Both the position numbers and the translations under genes were made by a program. A stretch of 64,000 nt of DNA from the human T2T-CHM13v2.0 reference genome, Homo sapiens, in the NCBI RefSeq assembly GCF_009914755.1, contig NC_060940.1; one strand, 5' to 3'. Positions within the stretch are counted from its first letter, which is position 1. Each line of letters begins with the position of its first letter. The notes beneath the pieces were generated by a model. The model saw nothing but the letters and a program-made list of their open reading frames with translations, was not told the origin of the DNA and ran no database searches. This document shows positions 1 through 12,940 of the stretch, piece after piece.

Positions 1-231
1 TAATGCAAATACAAACAGCTCCCCTGTGGCTTTTTTCCACGTCTTCTAAATGACACAACTTTGCAGCACCATGGCAAAGGAGCTCTTATCGCGTGCCAAG
101 CACTGAGGTGAAAGCAGGTTGACAACCCATCCCAATGTTAAACCTGAATGTTCCGCTTTGCAGGAACCCTTTCAGTCCTGGACAAATCAGGACAATCAGT
201 CGATCACACAGAGATCTTCAAGTGCATTTAT

Positions 232-500
232 TTAATCCTCACACTAATGTTTCAGGGAATATTTCTATTCCCATTCTACAGTTAAGGAAGTTGGGGCTTA
301 GAGAGAGGCAGTTCTCAAACTCCAATGAGCATAAGAATCACCTTGGATCTTGTTAAAACACAGCGGGTGGGGGCTGGGGCATTGCAAGCAAGCTCCCGAG
401 TGGCATCAGTTGCTGCTAGTCCATGGACCAAGCTTTCAGTAGCAAAGTTCTAGAGGTCAAGTCACATGGCATGCCCAATATCATGCTGCAAGCATCTCTC
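232..500 (-). mobile_element. MIR SINE fragment interrupted by a MER5 element
   Basis: Antisense MIR core ttaatcctcac...attcccattctacag..aaggaag...gcttagagag, resuming at aggtcaagtcac...gccca after ~451. Confidence 0.6.
308..447. mobile_element. MER5 (MER5A/B) hAT-Charlie MITE, internally deleted
   Basis: gttctcaaact...agaatcacc..gg..cttgttaaaacacag at one end and ggacca.gcttt.agtagcaa at the other. Confidence 0.65.
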
Positions 501-1099
501 AGAGTGATGGTTCTGACCCAGGGGTCCTGGTGCCAGGTGACCTCTGTCCATCCCAGGGAGGACTAGGCAATGACATAAGACAGTGTCTGATGTCTAACAT
601 TCTCACCACCGTGTGTTTCCTTCAGGTATATCACAGGTATGTCATGCCTGTCAGTCCCCATCGTCTTATCCAGCAAAACACTTTCAGTTATGAGTCAGAA
701 CATACTGCATGGGAGTAAAGGAAGAGGGGCCACCCTGGGGTGAACCGCCTCACTCCTGGGAGAGAACTGAAGCCATCCAGGAACGAGAAGAGCACAGAGA
801 GAGAAGGAAGCACCGGTCAGTCCTATGGTGCCCATGGCCATCTGCCAAGCAAAGAAAATGACCCCAGGGTATGCATAGCCACCCTTCTCTGCATGCCAGC
901 GCTGCAGCTCACAAATGTACGCAAGTGGCTGGGTCTCCCTGAGCCTCCATTTTTTTCATCTATAAAATGGACCTGGCAGTTTTCTAATTACCTGGAGGGG
1001 AGCTGGGGTATCTGTAACAGGGTAATGAGCAAGAGCTCCATGAACTGAAAGGTAGGGGACTAATGTGGGAGCTCACTGAGGAAATAGGAAACAGCTGCC

Positions 1100-1312
1100 G
1101 CCTCCTCTCTCCCCTCCACCTCCACGGTGCTCCCAGAACACACTGTCCAGGTCTCTATTGTCAATCGTCACCAGGTATTTTAGGTGTCTATTTAAATAGC
1201 TGTCTCCATGCAACCAGATTAATGCTAATTCATCTGTACAGTAATAGCACACAGCCCAGCTCCCAGTACATGGGGAGCTGAGAACACATTCAGTGAAGGT
1301 ATAAGTAAGCAG
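1100..1312 (+). mobile_element. L2 3' end
   Basis: Degenerate L2 terminus (tgtctcc...accagatt...agcacacagcccagc..cagta) running into a TGAA/TGGA tail. Confidence 0.5.
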
Positions 1313-1815
1313 GTGAATGGATGGACAGACGAATGCATGGATGGATGGACGGACGGATGAATAGATTGGATGGATAGATGGATGAATGGATGGACAGATG
1401 GATGGATGGATGGTCAAATAGGACAAATGGATGGACAGGTGGATGGATGGGTGGGTGGATGAATGGATGGGTGGGCAGATGAATGGACAGATGAGTGGAT
1501 AGATGGATAGGGTAGATGGATGGATGACGGAAGAGAAAAATGAACAGATGGATGGATGGTTGGGAGGATGAATGAATGAATGAATGGATGGATGAATGGA
1601 TAGACGGACAGATGGATGGATGGGTAGACGGGTGGGTGGATGGATGAATGGAGAGATGGGATAAACAGATGGACAGATGGATGGACAGATGGATGGATGG
1701 ACAGATAAATGGATGGGTGGTTGGATGGATGGACGGACAGATAAATGGATGGATGGGTGGGTGGGTGGATGGATGGATGGATGGACAGATGAACAGATGG
1801 ACGGATGGGTGGATG
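1313..1815 (+). repeat. Degenerate (TGGA)n tetranucleotide array, ~500 bp
   Basis: Continuous tgga/tgaa/caga/tggg units. Confidence 0.95.
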
Positions 1816-2689
1816 TGACATGAGTTGTGGGTATAAGAGATTGAAGAAATAAACGAACATCCAGTGAGAAAGGGAGTGGCTGAGTTAGTAGCACAGTGAT
1901 GGGTTAGAGAGGGCAGGGTATAAGTGAGAGCTGGATGAACAGGGGGTGTGAAATGAGGGGGCTCAGAGGTAGAACTGAGTGTCTGCAGTGTGAGAATCCA
2001 TTGCTACCCAAACTCTCACAATCTGAAGGCAGGAAAGTAATAAACAATTCTGAGGAGGGTTGGGCTGGCATTCTTCACTGTCTGAACCCTTGTTACTTGC
2101 TCTCTAGGATTCAGGAACCAAACAGATTCAGGCAAAGTGGATTCCTTCTCTATCAAAACCCAGGAAAGGAATTGATTCCAAAAAGAGCCCATGTCCTTGC
2201 TGCTGTCAGAGATGACTGAGGGCTCTTGTGAGCACAGGGACAGACTGTTTCCCTCCCCTAATCTCTAGCCCACTCCCAAGCCCCTTTATGTGTTCTCCTC
2301 TCCCAGCTACATATCCTCACCTAAAGCTTTTCCTAGGTATCTTTAGTCTTGCAGGTGGTGTGAGAGGATCCCTAGGGAGCCCTTGGACCTCATGGTTACT
2401 TGAGGCCCTAGCCAAGGTAGAAAAAAGAAACTACCAAGGGTCTAGGAGGGAGGAGGTCACCACCCATCAGATGTGGGTACCTGGAGACCCACATCTTATT
2501 GCTCCTTCTAGGTATCCAAAGCTCCCAGGAAGCTTTGCAAGCATCATTTTCACCCCTCTCACTTTGCAGAGCCCTACAACTTGAATAGGCTACAATGACA
2601 GCCTTCTCTAATGAGGCTACTAAGCAGATAGCAAACAGGACAGCTATAATTGCTTTGCAGGAGCAGAGTCCCAGCCAAATCATGGGAGA

Positions 2690-2860
2690 TGGCTTAGTGC
2701 AGTGGAAGGCGCAAGGATTTTGGAATAAGACACATCTAGGTCCAAACCTCAGTTCTTCCACAGGCTACCCGTGTTGCCTTGAGAAACTGGCTCAACCCCT
2801 TAAGCCTCCGTGTCCTAGGCTGTAAAACAGGAAAAGCAATTTCCACCAACTTCATAGATC
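2690..2860 (+). mobile_element. MIR
   Basis: tagtgcagtggaag...tttggaataagac..ctagg.tccaaacctcag...taagcctc.gtgtcc...ctgtaaaacagg. Confidence 0.7.
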
Positions 2861-4629
2861 AGATGAGCTCATGTACAGTAGCTGTTTACTGATTATTTAT
2901 TGCATTCCGATCATTTCTTCCACATTATCTCATTCAGTCTTTAACGAAACCCCATGAAGAAGGTAGTATTAATGTCTAATGTCAAAACTAATTAATTTAA
3001 ATTTTACTGGATTCCAAAACCCTTGCTCTTCACCACTGACAACGTGCACCTCCCTCCTTATCGGTGCTTAACCTGTGAGCTCCCTTTCCTTTACCTGGTC
3101 ATTCTCCCATATATTCAGATACCATCTGAAGATCAACCCTTCCCCAGCACAGTGCTTCCTCCATCACCAGCTTCTTCCTCTGGAAGCAATGCATCCACAG
3201 CAGAAGAATGCACCCTGAACTAATGCCAGGAGATTTAGCAACCTAATCTGCACTGTTTTCCTGGAGCATAATATTCTGCTCGCAAATCACTCCCCCCACT
3301 GAAGCTAACACAATACAGAGCATCCTTTAACTTATGTAAATAAGCATCTTATGGGCATCCGATTTATTCACCTCTCATTGCTTTGGAGACCAGCAGACCA
3401 AATACAGAATATCATCTGCCCCTTTAACAGAGCAACGCTAAATTCTCATGGGTGCATTTGTGTTTGTGTTTGTGTATGTGCGCACAGGCGTGCATGTCAA
3501 AAAGCTAATATCTGTTTGTTCTCTTCAGCAAGTACTAAGCTGGGCAGCCTGTCCAAGACCCACTTGCAGCTCAAAAGAAGAGGATGAACTAATATGACCA
3601 GAGCTCACCATTACAATTAAACTCTGAGCACAAATGGAATTAGGAGCATAAACAAGGGGTGGAAAAGGGAGAGATTTTAACAGAAAAAAATGATGGTTTG
3701 TTTTTTTCTCCGAAGTGACATAGAAAAAGAAATTGAATGTCAGCCTCTGAAAAGTGTCCAAATTACTATTTGAAAGGAGAAAAACACAATCAAATAAGGT
3801 CCATTTGTGTTCATGCTGAGCCCCAGGGCTTCCTGGCTCCCATCACACTCAGAGCTGGTTGCAGGCGAGAGCCCAAGTCAGCCCATGTGTTCTTCAACCT
3901 CAGGTAAGTTTGTCTTCTCCAGTGTTGATGAACACAGAAGGCACTCCTTCCTCAGGGCTCAGAGGACAGAGAAGCCCTGACACTCACTGCCCAGTGACCT
4001 CCCAGCCCCCAACGATACCGCTCACCCTTGGGTATTTCATATTTGCTGCAAACTTTGTAGCAACCACGAGAAATAAATAGAAGGCTCTCCTTCACACTTT
4101 GTACCTGAGAAAATTAAGGCTGGAAGTGTGGAGGGTTCACTGGCCTCCAAGCCTCACCCAGAAAGAAAGTCATGGAGCCACAGAGCTCAACCCACCCTCA
4201 GCATGCTCCAGTAGTGAGAGTTGTGGCCAAAGAAAGCTCAGGGCACCAAGGGAATGCAGAGGAAGGGGACCCACCCAACCCAGCAAGAGAGGGTGAAAGG
4301 GTTCCCAGTGACCCCTGAGGTCCTTGTAGATGGAGGGCAACTTGGCACAGGCTGGAAAGGTCTGGAGACAGAGTACAGAGAGGACAGTGTACAAAGACAG
4401 TGTGCAGAGACACACAGAATGAAGAACATGGCACCCACTGGGAATGTGAGCAGCTTAGTGCTGAAGAAACACATGCAAAAAAAAAGAAAAAAGAGCCAGA
4501 GAAGTGTGTGGCTAGGGGAAGAGGCAGGGCCCGAGGGTAGGTCCATGCCTCTCTGGCTCACAATGAGAAATACCTTTGAATCTGGTTCCATAGTTATCTG
4601 TCACCTTTACGTTCCATATAACTCATATG

Positions 4630-4800
4630 ATTTACTTACAATGCTTATTATTAATATTTTCTGTCTGTTCAATGTCCTATTTGATAGAATATAAGCTCCA
4701 TGAAGTCAGGTATATTCTGTTTGTTCATTGATCCCAAGTACACGTGACAGAGCCTGCCACAGAGAGGAACTCAATGCTTATATCTGTGGGATTGGATTAA
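4630..4800 (+). mobile_element. L2 3' end
   Basis: tagaatataagctccatgaagtcagg...tttgttcattg...gagcctgccacagag.gg.actcaat. Confidence 0.7.
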
Positions 4801-4999
4801 AGACATTCAAATAATTATTGAATGAAAGAGAGAAAGTCAGGCAACAAGAAATTGAGAGAAAAAGGGAAAAAGGAAGAAAAAGAGGGAGGAAGAAAGAGCA
4901 TGGAAAGGAGGAAGGATGGAGAGACACAGACAGGGAGTGAAAAAAAGAGACAAGGAGTTAATGCTTTCTGGGGTTGACGAGAAGAATCCATGAAAGAAT

Positions 5000-5920
5000 T
5001 TTTTAGCAGCGGTGTGACATGAGCAAGTTTTTATCTTCGGGAAGGACCACTTGAGCTTGAGTATGAGGAAGGGCTTGGAGGAGGGAATGAATGAAGGCAG
5101 AAAAGCAGGCCCAGAGAAATCTCACTGAAGCAACTCCAGAAAAGAGAGAAAGATCTGAACTAGGATTGCTGCAATACAGATACACAAAAGAGAGGTTCAA
5201 GAGATGTTTAGGAGGTACATTCAACTGGTCTTGGCAACTCATGGATCGGATTGGCAGGGAGATTGGGGAGTGAAAGAGGATTGCCAAGTGAATGGTGATG
5301 TCACTTACAAAAGTGGAGAACAGGTTAGGGACCCTGCTTTCTTCCTCACAATTGTAGCTCCAGCACCTAGCCTTGTACCTGACATACAGTAGCCACTCTG
5401 TAAATGTTTTTTGAATGAATGAGTGAGCAAGGGTGGAAGTGAGTATAGGTAGGGGGACAGAGAAATGCATATGGAATTCAGGTTTAGGTTAGCTGCTTTT
5501 GAAACCTCCCTGCAGGGAGTCCACCAAGAAGGTGGATAGGCAGGTCTGAAGATGAGAAAGGGGTCAGGGCTGAGGCTTGAGATTTAGAAGTTGTCTATCT
5601 GCTGGGGGCGGTAGTTGTTGACAGCTGTGCATGGCATCCCCTAACAAAAGAAGGAGAGTGTGTGTGGAAAAGAGGCAGAGAAGGAATGTAGGAGAGGTAC
5701 GAGGAGAAAGCCGGGGAATGCGATAACTTAGAAGCCACGGGAGTAGAGAGCTTGAAGACGAAGGCAGGGGTGAAAGGTGTCTAGTGTCCAGGAAGACAAA
5801 GGCTGAAAGGTACTGCTGTGTGGTGCAGTGAGATGTTCACCTGGGACTTTAAGGCAAGTGGAGTAGGTAGAAGCACAACCTCAGAGTGGTCCAGAGGAGT
5901 GAAGGAGGCAGAAGTAGTAA
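5000..5920 (-). mobile_element. L2 fragments (antisense) with a sense L2 3' end at ~5320-5427
   Basis: Purine-rich antisense L2 body; embedded ccagcacctag...cctgacatacagtag...aaatgttttttgaatgaatgag. Confidence 0.55.
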
Positions 5921-7379
5921 AGGGGACAGTGGAGGACGTTCCAACACTTTCCAACTGCCCCATGCTTCTTCTCAAACACAACAGTATTTTAGAGGTATAG
6001 AGAAGAATTTCTCTGAATACTGGGATTCAAACTGGGGTCAGGGGGCTCCTCCTCCTGCTTTCTTTTTTCCCCATTCCCCAATGTCCTCTATGTCAATCCT
6101 TCTGTCCTAGACAGAGAAACTTGTGCCAGAAAACACAGGATATCCTAAAATAACTCCCTACATGCTAAAGGAAAACGAAGTGAACATTTTTCCTTTTTAA
6201 TTCCAAAATCATGCTTGCGATATACCTTCAATGTTGAAGAACAAGATTCCTTAGTTTTTCACCCCGGACATCACCTTTTCCTTACAGAGAAAACGTAAAA
6301 TCTAAGTGTGTCTTGTTCCCCAGAGAACAAAAAGGAAGTGAAAATTAGATGTGCACATGGTCGGCAGATTGAGATAGACAGATTCCTAGACACTCTCTGG
6401 AGTTAAGACGGCTGCTCTTTCCAGCTCACACACATTGCATCATCTTGCTGTTGATGTCTCCTCAAGGATTTGTTCCAACACTCTGATTTGTAAAGGACCC
6501 AGAACAGAGCTTATTAAAAACTCAAGACACTATATCTGATGGGGGAGCATCAAGGGGCCATTAAACACTCACCTCATTAATAGCCTGCAGAATGAGTCCT
6601 TTTCTAAAGCTCACACAAGATGGTGATTAGACAGTCCTGGCATACAAACCCATCTCTCCATTTTTCAATCCCTTGCCGAGCAAAATTTTCAGGCCACAAA
6701 TTAGAGGTACCCCTGGCTTAAAACAAAACAAAACAAAAAGGCTGGGATTTTAATGAGCCTTCTGCCTCTAAATAAATCTCTCTACCCGGCACTCAAGTCC
6801 TCTCCAGACTTAAATGAAATGCATCGACAAAGCAAGTCATGCAGTGGGATGAATCCAGAATTCAATATGAGTCAAAGTCCTCCTTTCTCCAGGCCAGCGT
6901 CCTTTATGTTCATTATGTTGAGTGGTAAGTTTGTACCAAGTGGCGTTAGGCTTACTCCACAGTTATTATGCACATAGTGACTGTGATGATGTGGTTTCCA
7001 TCACCTGGGATCAGACTGTACTTATTCTACAGACTGTCTGAAGTTGGGGATGAGTTTGGTGTCATCCCCATGGGCAGTCAATAAATCCTTGCAGCCATTT
7101 GCCTGAGTCAAGGCGAGGGTTTCACTCTCTCAACAGCCTGAGCTTACCACTACTGCAGTGCTGACCATTCAGTGTCAAATGTCACTGAGGACAAATACCA
7201 CAAATCACCACATGGCCTGTGGATACCAATGGGATATGTAGTCTTGTCACAGATCACAGCCTCCCCACCTTGCTTTCTCCTCTCTGGATGCAATGACCTC
7301 TCGGCCACCTTGTGTCCACCACAGAGACTTTGCTTGTCTTGTTCCAGGTTCCTTGAACTGTTCTTACCTTCTCTGTCCA

Positions 7380-7720
7380 ACTCCTATTCTTCCTTCATTC
7401 ATTTCTAGATCATCATTTCCTAAGGGATGTCTTCCATACCCTCACGGATTAGGCAAATTTCCGCTCTTCCATGCTCTTTCTTGTATTAGGTTAGTGCAAA
7501 AGTAAATTACTGTTACTGCCCCTACCTTTAATGGCAAAAACAGCAATTACTTTTGCACCAACCTAATATTTTCATAGTACTTAATGTGGCTGTTAATCAA
7601 CATTGATTTATAGACTGCTTTCATGAATGTATGTGTCCACCATTTAAACAAATTGTCCAGAAAGGCAGGGGCTATGTGTGCTGTTTTATTTTGTCTTACT
7701 AATCACTATATCTCCAGCAC
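7380..7720 (+). mobile_element. L2 fragment hosting MADE1
   Basis: L2 3'-region motifs on both sides of MADE1 (ttcatagtactta, ggcagggg.ctatgt, cactatatctccagcac). Confidence 0.5.
7486..7566. mobile_element. MADE1 (Hsmar1 mariner-derived MITE)
   Basis: 81-bp palindrome ttaggttagtgcaaaagtaa...aattacttttgcaccaacctaa, flanked by TA at 7484-7485 and 7567-7568. Confidence 0.95.
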
Positions 7721-8534
7721 TGTAGAAGCCTAATTCCATTTTTGGTTTTGTTTTGGTTTACTAGTTTACTGGCTTGTTTTGAATGAGGTTAGGCAGCTTG
7801 CCTAAGTGCATCAAGGCGAATGAGCTCCCTGTGTCACACAGCATCGAGTAAGTCATTTCTTTCAAACTCTCTCTCACCGCCAGCTTCAACAAACCAGGAA
7901 ACCCATCAGGCTGTATCACCTTTGGGCAGAAATCCCCAGGGGCTTGGGCATCACGCTGACAAAGTCTCTGCCAGGTGTTAGGTGCTGGTTCCTATCATTG
8001 GTTCCATCACCCCTTAAAGCGGCTTGCAACATCCTTGTAAAGTTCTGTTGTTCGGACTCAGGATCAAGACACAAAACAATTCTCAGGGGCTTGAATCAGC
8101 CCCTCCTAGCTGCTACTGGGTGAACACTGTGATTTGTGACAGGTAATTTAAATGCAACAAGTAGACTTTCTTCAAATGTAGCTGCCACTGAAGTGAGATG
8201 TTTGGAAAGAATCCACTGTCCTGTGGGCTTTCTTGTGTTTTCTGTTTTTGTTTCTGTTATTTTCATGTTTTAACTTAAAAAATTTTAAACCTCTACCTAT
8301 AAGCCACATAATACCCATACTTAAAAAGCAAAGGTGAATAAAAATTCAGATTCTCAGGGGATCTATGCAAGTCCTGGTTTATCACGTATGAGCCGTGTGT
8401 CTCAGGAAACTCACTTCATTTCACTGATCTTTAGAGCTTCAGTCTCTTCACAGGAATGACAAATAGTATGAATCTTACCAACTTCTAGAACTGCACAGTG
8501 AGCCAGATGTCAATTATCACTTAACTGTGTCTTT

Positions 8535-8940
8535 AATTAATTCATTCATTTAACCTATTATTTATTCATCTCTGGACCAGGTACAGTGCTGAAGGCTGAG
8601 AATCCAGTAGTGAACAAAAACAGCCATGAAACCTGCGCTCAAAGAGCTTATGATCCAGATGGAAAAGACAAATATTAATTAAACAACTACACACGTGTAA
8701 AATTGCCATTGAAATTCACATTTTGTAAGAAAAGCTTATGGTGCATTAAGAATGCACAATGGGGGAAACAGAACAATTTAGATGGTTGAAGACTTCTCCA
8801 AACAGGAGATGCTGGAGTAGGGGTTATCTAGGCAAAGAGGAGAGGACAGAATGCCTCTTGCAAAGAAGGTGCTTCATATGCAAAGGTACCCAGATAGGAG
8901 GCAAGTGTGAGGGTCTTTAAGATAGCCATTGGGGTGAGGG
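8535..8940 (-). mobile_element. L2
   Basis: ttcattcatt...ccaggtacagtgct..aggctgagaatccagtagtgaacaa...cctgcgctcaaagagctta. Confidence 0.75.
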
Positions 8941-10044
8941 TGAAAGAGACTGGTTCTCTGCTAATAAAATGTATTTGTATTCCTTTGTACCTAAAGAAGA
9001 GGCTATTACCTTCCTCTGACCTCTCAGTTGCCCAAGAATCTTTTCACAGTTTCTATCTAATCCCTTTCAATAATTCCCTGGCTGCTAATCAGAGAAAAGG
9101 TGTTAATTCCCTTATTAGCATACCTCTGCCTCTCTGTGATCACAAAATGCTCCTAACTTCCTCCACCCTGGGAATGCCCTTGGCTTTCACTCTGGCCCTG
9201 TGTGCTATCTCCCTAGGGCTTGTTCTCAGCCAGGGGGACCAGCCTGGCACTCATCTGGTGCCAGCCCCTAATTTTACTCAGGGAAGATTATTTAAGGGAG
9301 CTGCCCATGTTCAGGACACACACAGTGGATATAGGATTGAGCTCCAAACACAGGGCTGCTCTCACTGTGGGACACAGCCACTCCCTATCTCATGGACCAC
9401 CCAAGGAAGAACAAGCTCTTTCACTTCTGCGAGCACTCTTCAGTATTTGGGTCCTGATACTGTGGTACCTTTAATAAACTTTTTTCATGCCTTCCCATGT
9501 GAAACCCCAATTCACTTTGAAAGACATTACCAGTAACAATATCACAATCCACAGTTGTTCTCTGCATGCACTGGGTGGCCAGAGTAGTGGAAATAAAGCA
9601 AATATAAAACCTAAGAGGCAGCTTCTAATAGGAAGGGAGATTACCCAAATGATGTCATCGCATCATAATTAGCAATAGGGCCAGAATTACCAACCACAGC
9701 AAAGCACGTCAAAATGGGGCTATCTCAACTCTTCCTTAATTGGGAAATTTAACAACCGAAAGATGCCCCTCGATGACTCTGAAGGGCTTGGTTTCTCGCA
9801 TTTCCTGGACCTCTTTGAACCTCACCTGAGAACTCTTCTATAGACTTGGGCAGGTGAACATCACCTGGGCCTCTGCCTGTTGGTTTTCAGCAGGGTTTTC
9901 ACATTGGTTGCCCCCATGAGCAACACTTGGCCACTGATATGAAGGGCTTCCCCAAAGAACACGGTTGGCTTGTTTTCCATGTTGATTGTGCATGCTTCTC
10001 TAGTCTTTCCTCTCAGTTATACCAGGAAAGAGAGATAGTGATAA

Positions 10045-10245
10045 ACTGCTTTAGAATCACAGCTCTGCTATCTCCAAGCTGGGTGACTATGAGGAAGTTG
10101 CTTAGCTTCTCTGTGCCTGCCTTCTTCCTCCATAAATGAAGATAACTATAACTTCTGCATAAGCGACTGTGAGGATTAAAATTGGCAATTGATGTAAAAG
10201 CATCTGGCATGCAATTAACTTCCAATACATTTAGTTGTTATCATA
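10045..10245 (+). mobile_element. MIR
   Basis: aatcacagctctgc...gtgactatgaggaagttgcttagcttctctgtgcct...gtgaggattaaa...gatgtaaaagca.ctggca. Confidence 0.8.
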
Positions 10246-11707
10246 ATTGCCATTAATAACATCCAGCCTGACCTGAACTTACTACTAAATCCATCCTCCT
10301 TGAATGCTGACTTGCCACAAAGCCATGGCTCCCTCTTGCTGATGTGGGCAATGTTGGTCTTCTGAGATCATCTTTCTTGGCAAACCAGACCGTGAATTGC
10401 CAAATTTACTACTCCTCATGCCCATCAATGACCACACAGACACATGCACACACACACACAGGTTCAACCCCACTTCCATATCTTTAGCAATGGTCTCCTG
10501 GGGCTCTATTCCCACGGATTTTATCTGGCACAGTATGTCTGAGGTGTGACCCAGAAATCCGTATTTTTAAGTAGATTCTGAAGCAAATAGTCTGCAAATT
10601 GGTACTAGGACAGACCCCATGGGATGGAAGCACTTTGCCAAAGTGAACTATCAGGAATTACAGAGAGCTGGGGAAAGAATGCTTGCTGTGTATTAGGTTT
10701 CAGTTGCATATATTCGTTTGCATACCAGATTGCAAGCAGAGGGCAGAAATTAGAACCTGAATAGCTTCATACCTTACCTCCACCTGTCTCCAAGCCACAT
10801 ATAGTATGTGCTAAATAAACACTAAAGCATAAACTGCCTTAACAGACTAGAAAATCGATACAAGCATGGGCTTGTTCACTGATACATCCCTTGTGCTGGC
10901 TGTACAGAAGGTGCCAGTGAATATTTGTTAGATAAATGAATTAATGAATAAATACAGAGGAGTTGGTAGGGAAAAGGCACAAAATGAGCAGAATTGGTGC
11001 TAATTTATGTTGAATCAGACAAATGTTCAGCTTATGCCCCAAATTTTTACAACCATCTCCCTTTTAAGTCACTGAACAACTGCTAGGAGCCTCTGAGCCA
11101 TGCTACCCCAGAATACCCCAGAATACTCATTCCTATTCAAATATTTGGTTTTCAGTGTTACAAGGACAAGTATTCATTTGGACCAGAGAAATAGGCTGGA
11201 TTTGCACTCATCTGTCACAGTGCCCTGAAATCAGCCTCAAATGATTCACAGCCCTCTTGAAAACATCTCCAATCTCCTAAGAGATAAAAAGCCTCACTCA
11301 TTTTCCCACCCCTGACCCACCAACCAGCTTCCATCCCTAAACCTAGAGCGAAATTATGATGTTCTGTCTCCTCCTCCTATTTCTATTCCTCATGCCCTGC
11401 ATGTCTCCCCATAGGAGCTCATAATAGGCTTGTAGGTTCCACCTGATTCTGAAAATCAAGTTATGGCACCGAGGTTTTGGAATCACTTCAATCTATTTGC
11501 AGAGTGAGCCTGGTTAGTATTTAAATATGCCACCCAAGCTACCGATGTGCAACGTATCAACTCTTCACCTGGGATGATTTATTCCAGGAGTCGCCGTTCT
11601 GACTTAGTACACAGGCTTTCCACTGTGCTAAAGCAAGGAGCCCAAAGAACTAGAGGGCTTGCCAATGGTTTTCTTGTGGTTTTATTCGTGTACTAATTAA
11701 AAACATT

Positions 11708-12005
11708 GGCCAGGCATGGCGGCTCACGCCTGTAATCCTAACACTTTGGGAGGCTGAGGTGGGTATATCACCTGAGGTCAGGAGTTCGAGACCAGCCTGG
11801 CCAACATGGTGAAACCCCATCTCTACTAAAAATACAAAAACTACCTGGGCGTGGTGGCGCATGCCTGTGATCCCAGCTACTCAGAGGATGAAGCAACAGA
11901 ATCGCTTGAACCCGGGAGGCAGAGGTTGCATTGAGCCAAAATCGGGCCACTGCACTCCAGCCTCGGTGACAGAGCGAGATTTCATCTCAAAAAAACAAAC
12001 AAAAA
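11708..12005 (+). mobile_element. AluS (Sx/Sz-like), full length
   Basis: ggccaggcatggcggctcacgcctgtaatcc start, A-rich linker, A tail. Confidence 0.95.
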
Positions 12006-12289
12006 CCATAGCACATACCAGCAAACCTAGAAACTCACTGAAACCACATAATTGAGCAATATTAAAGGCAGAGATGATGTGGCTTCCAGGTTGACACCCA
12101 ACTATCTGGCCCAGGTAACAGATAGTAGAACCTAGTAGTAAAAAAGGAAAAAAATGAGCTTTGCATATAGGAGGGGCTCAATCAACAATGTCCCATAGTA
12201 GGTAATTCATAAATATCAGTTGAATAAATACTGAATGAACTAGATTGCAGACACAGAGTTTATAACAACCTAAGTAGAGATTACATGAA

Positions 12290-12515
12290 AAAGTTGGATA
12301 TAATTTTGCATGTATACTTTTATCATAACCTTATTAAATAAACAGATAAAAAACTATACACAGAAAATAATGCAAAAAGATAATACACCCCAAAATACTA
12401 AGAGCGACTGTTCTTGGGTTGTAGCATATGGATGCCTTTACATTTTCTTGCTTCTGCTTTTCTGTATTTTTCAAATTTTCCATAATTAGCCTGTTTCTTT
12501 TATAAATGAAAAATT
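12290..12515 (+). mobile_element. Old L1ME 3' end
   Basis: atacacc.aaaatact.agag...gggttgtag..atatggatg...ttttctgtatttttcaaattttc. Confidence 0.55.
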
Positions 12516-12589
12516 AACTGGAAAACGAGGCAGCCTAGGTAGGTAGGGAGAGCATATGCTGTGAAGTCAACCAGACTATCTTTTATTAA

Positions 12590-12940
<351 letters not shown>

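Noticed and set aside
1073-1894. 273-aa and 148-aa minus-strand ORFs rich in PSIH
   Set aside because: These are translations of the (TCCA)n repeat, which lacks stop codons.
4170-4694. Cluster of overlapping ORFs up to 157 aa
   Set aside because: No recognisable domain or exon structure; the cluster runs into L2 sequence.
8907-9536. 209-aa ORF with a hydrophobic stretch
   Set aside because: Non-ATG start within an L2 remnant and no recognisable family; compatible with chance.
10326-10343. CTCF-like CAGCAAGAGGGAGC (minus strand)
   Set aside because: Lacks the near-invariant C of the core and has further mismatches.
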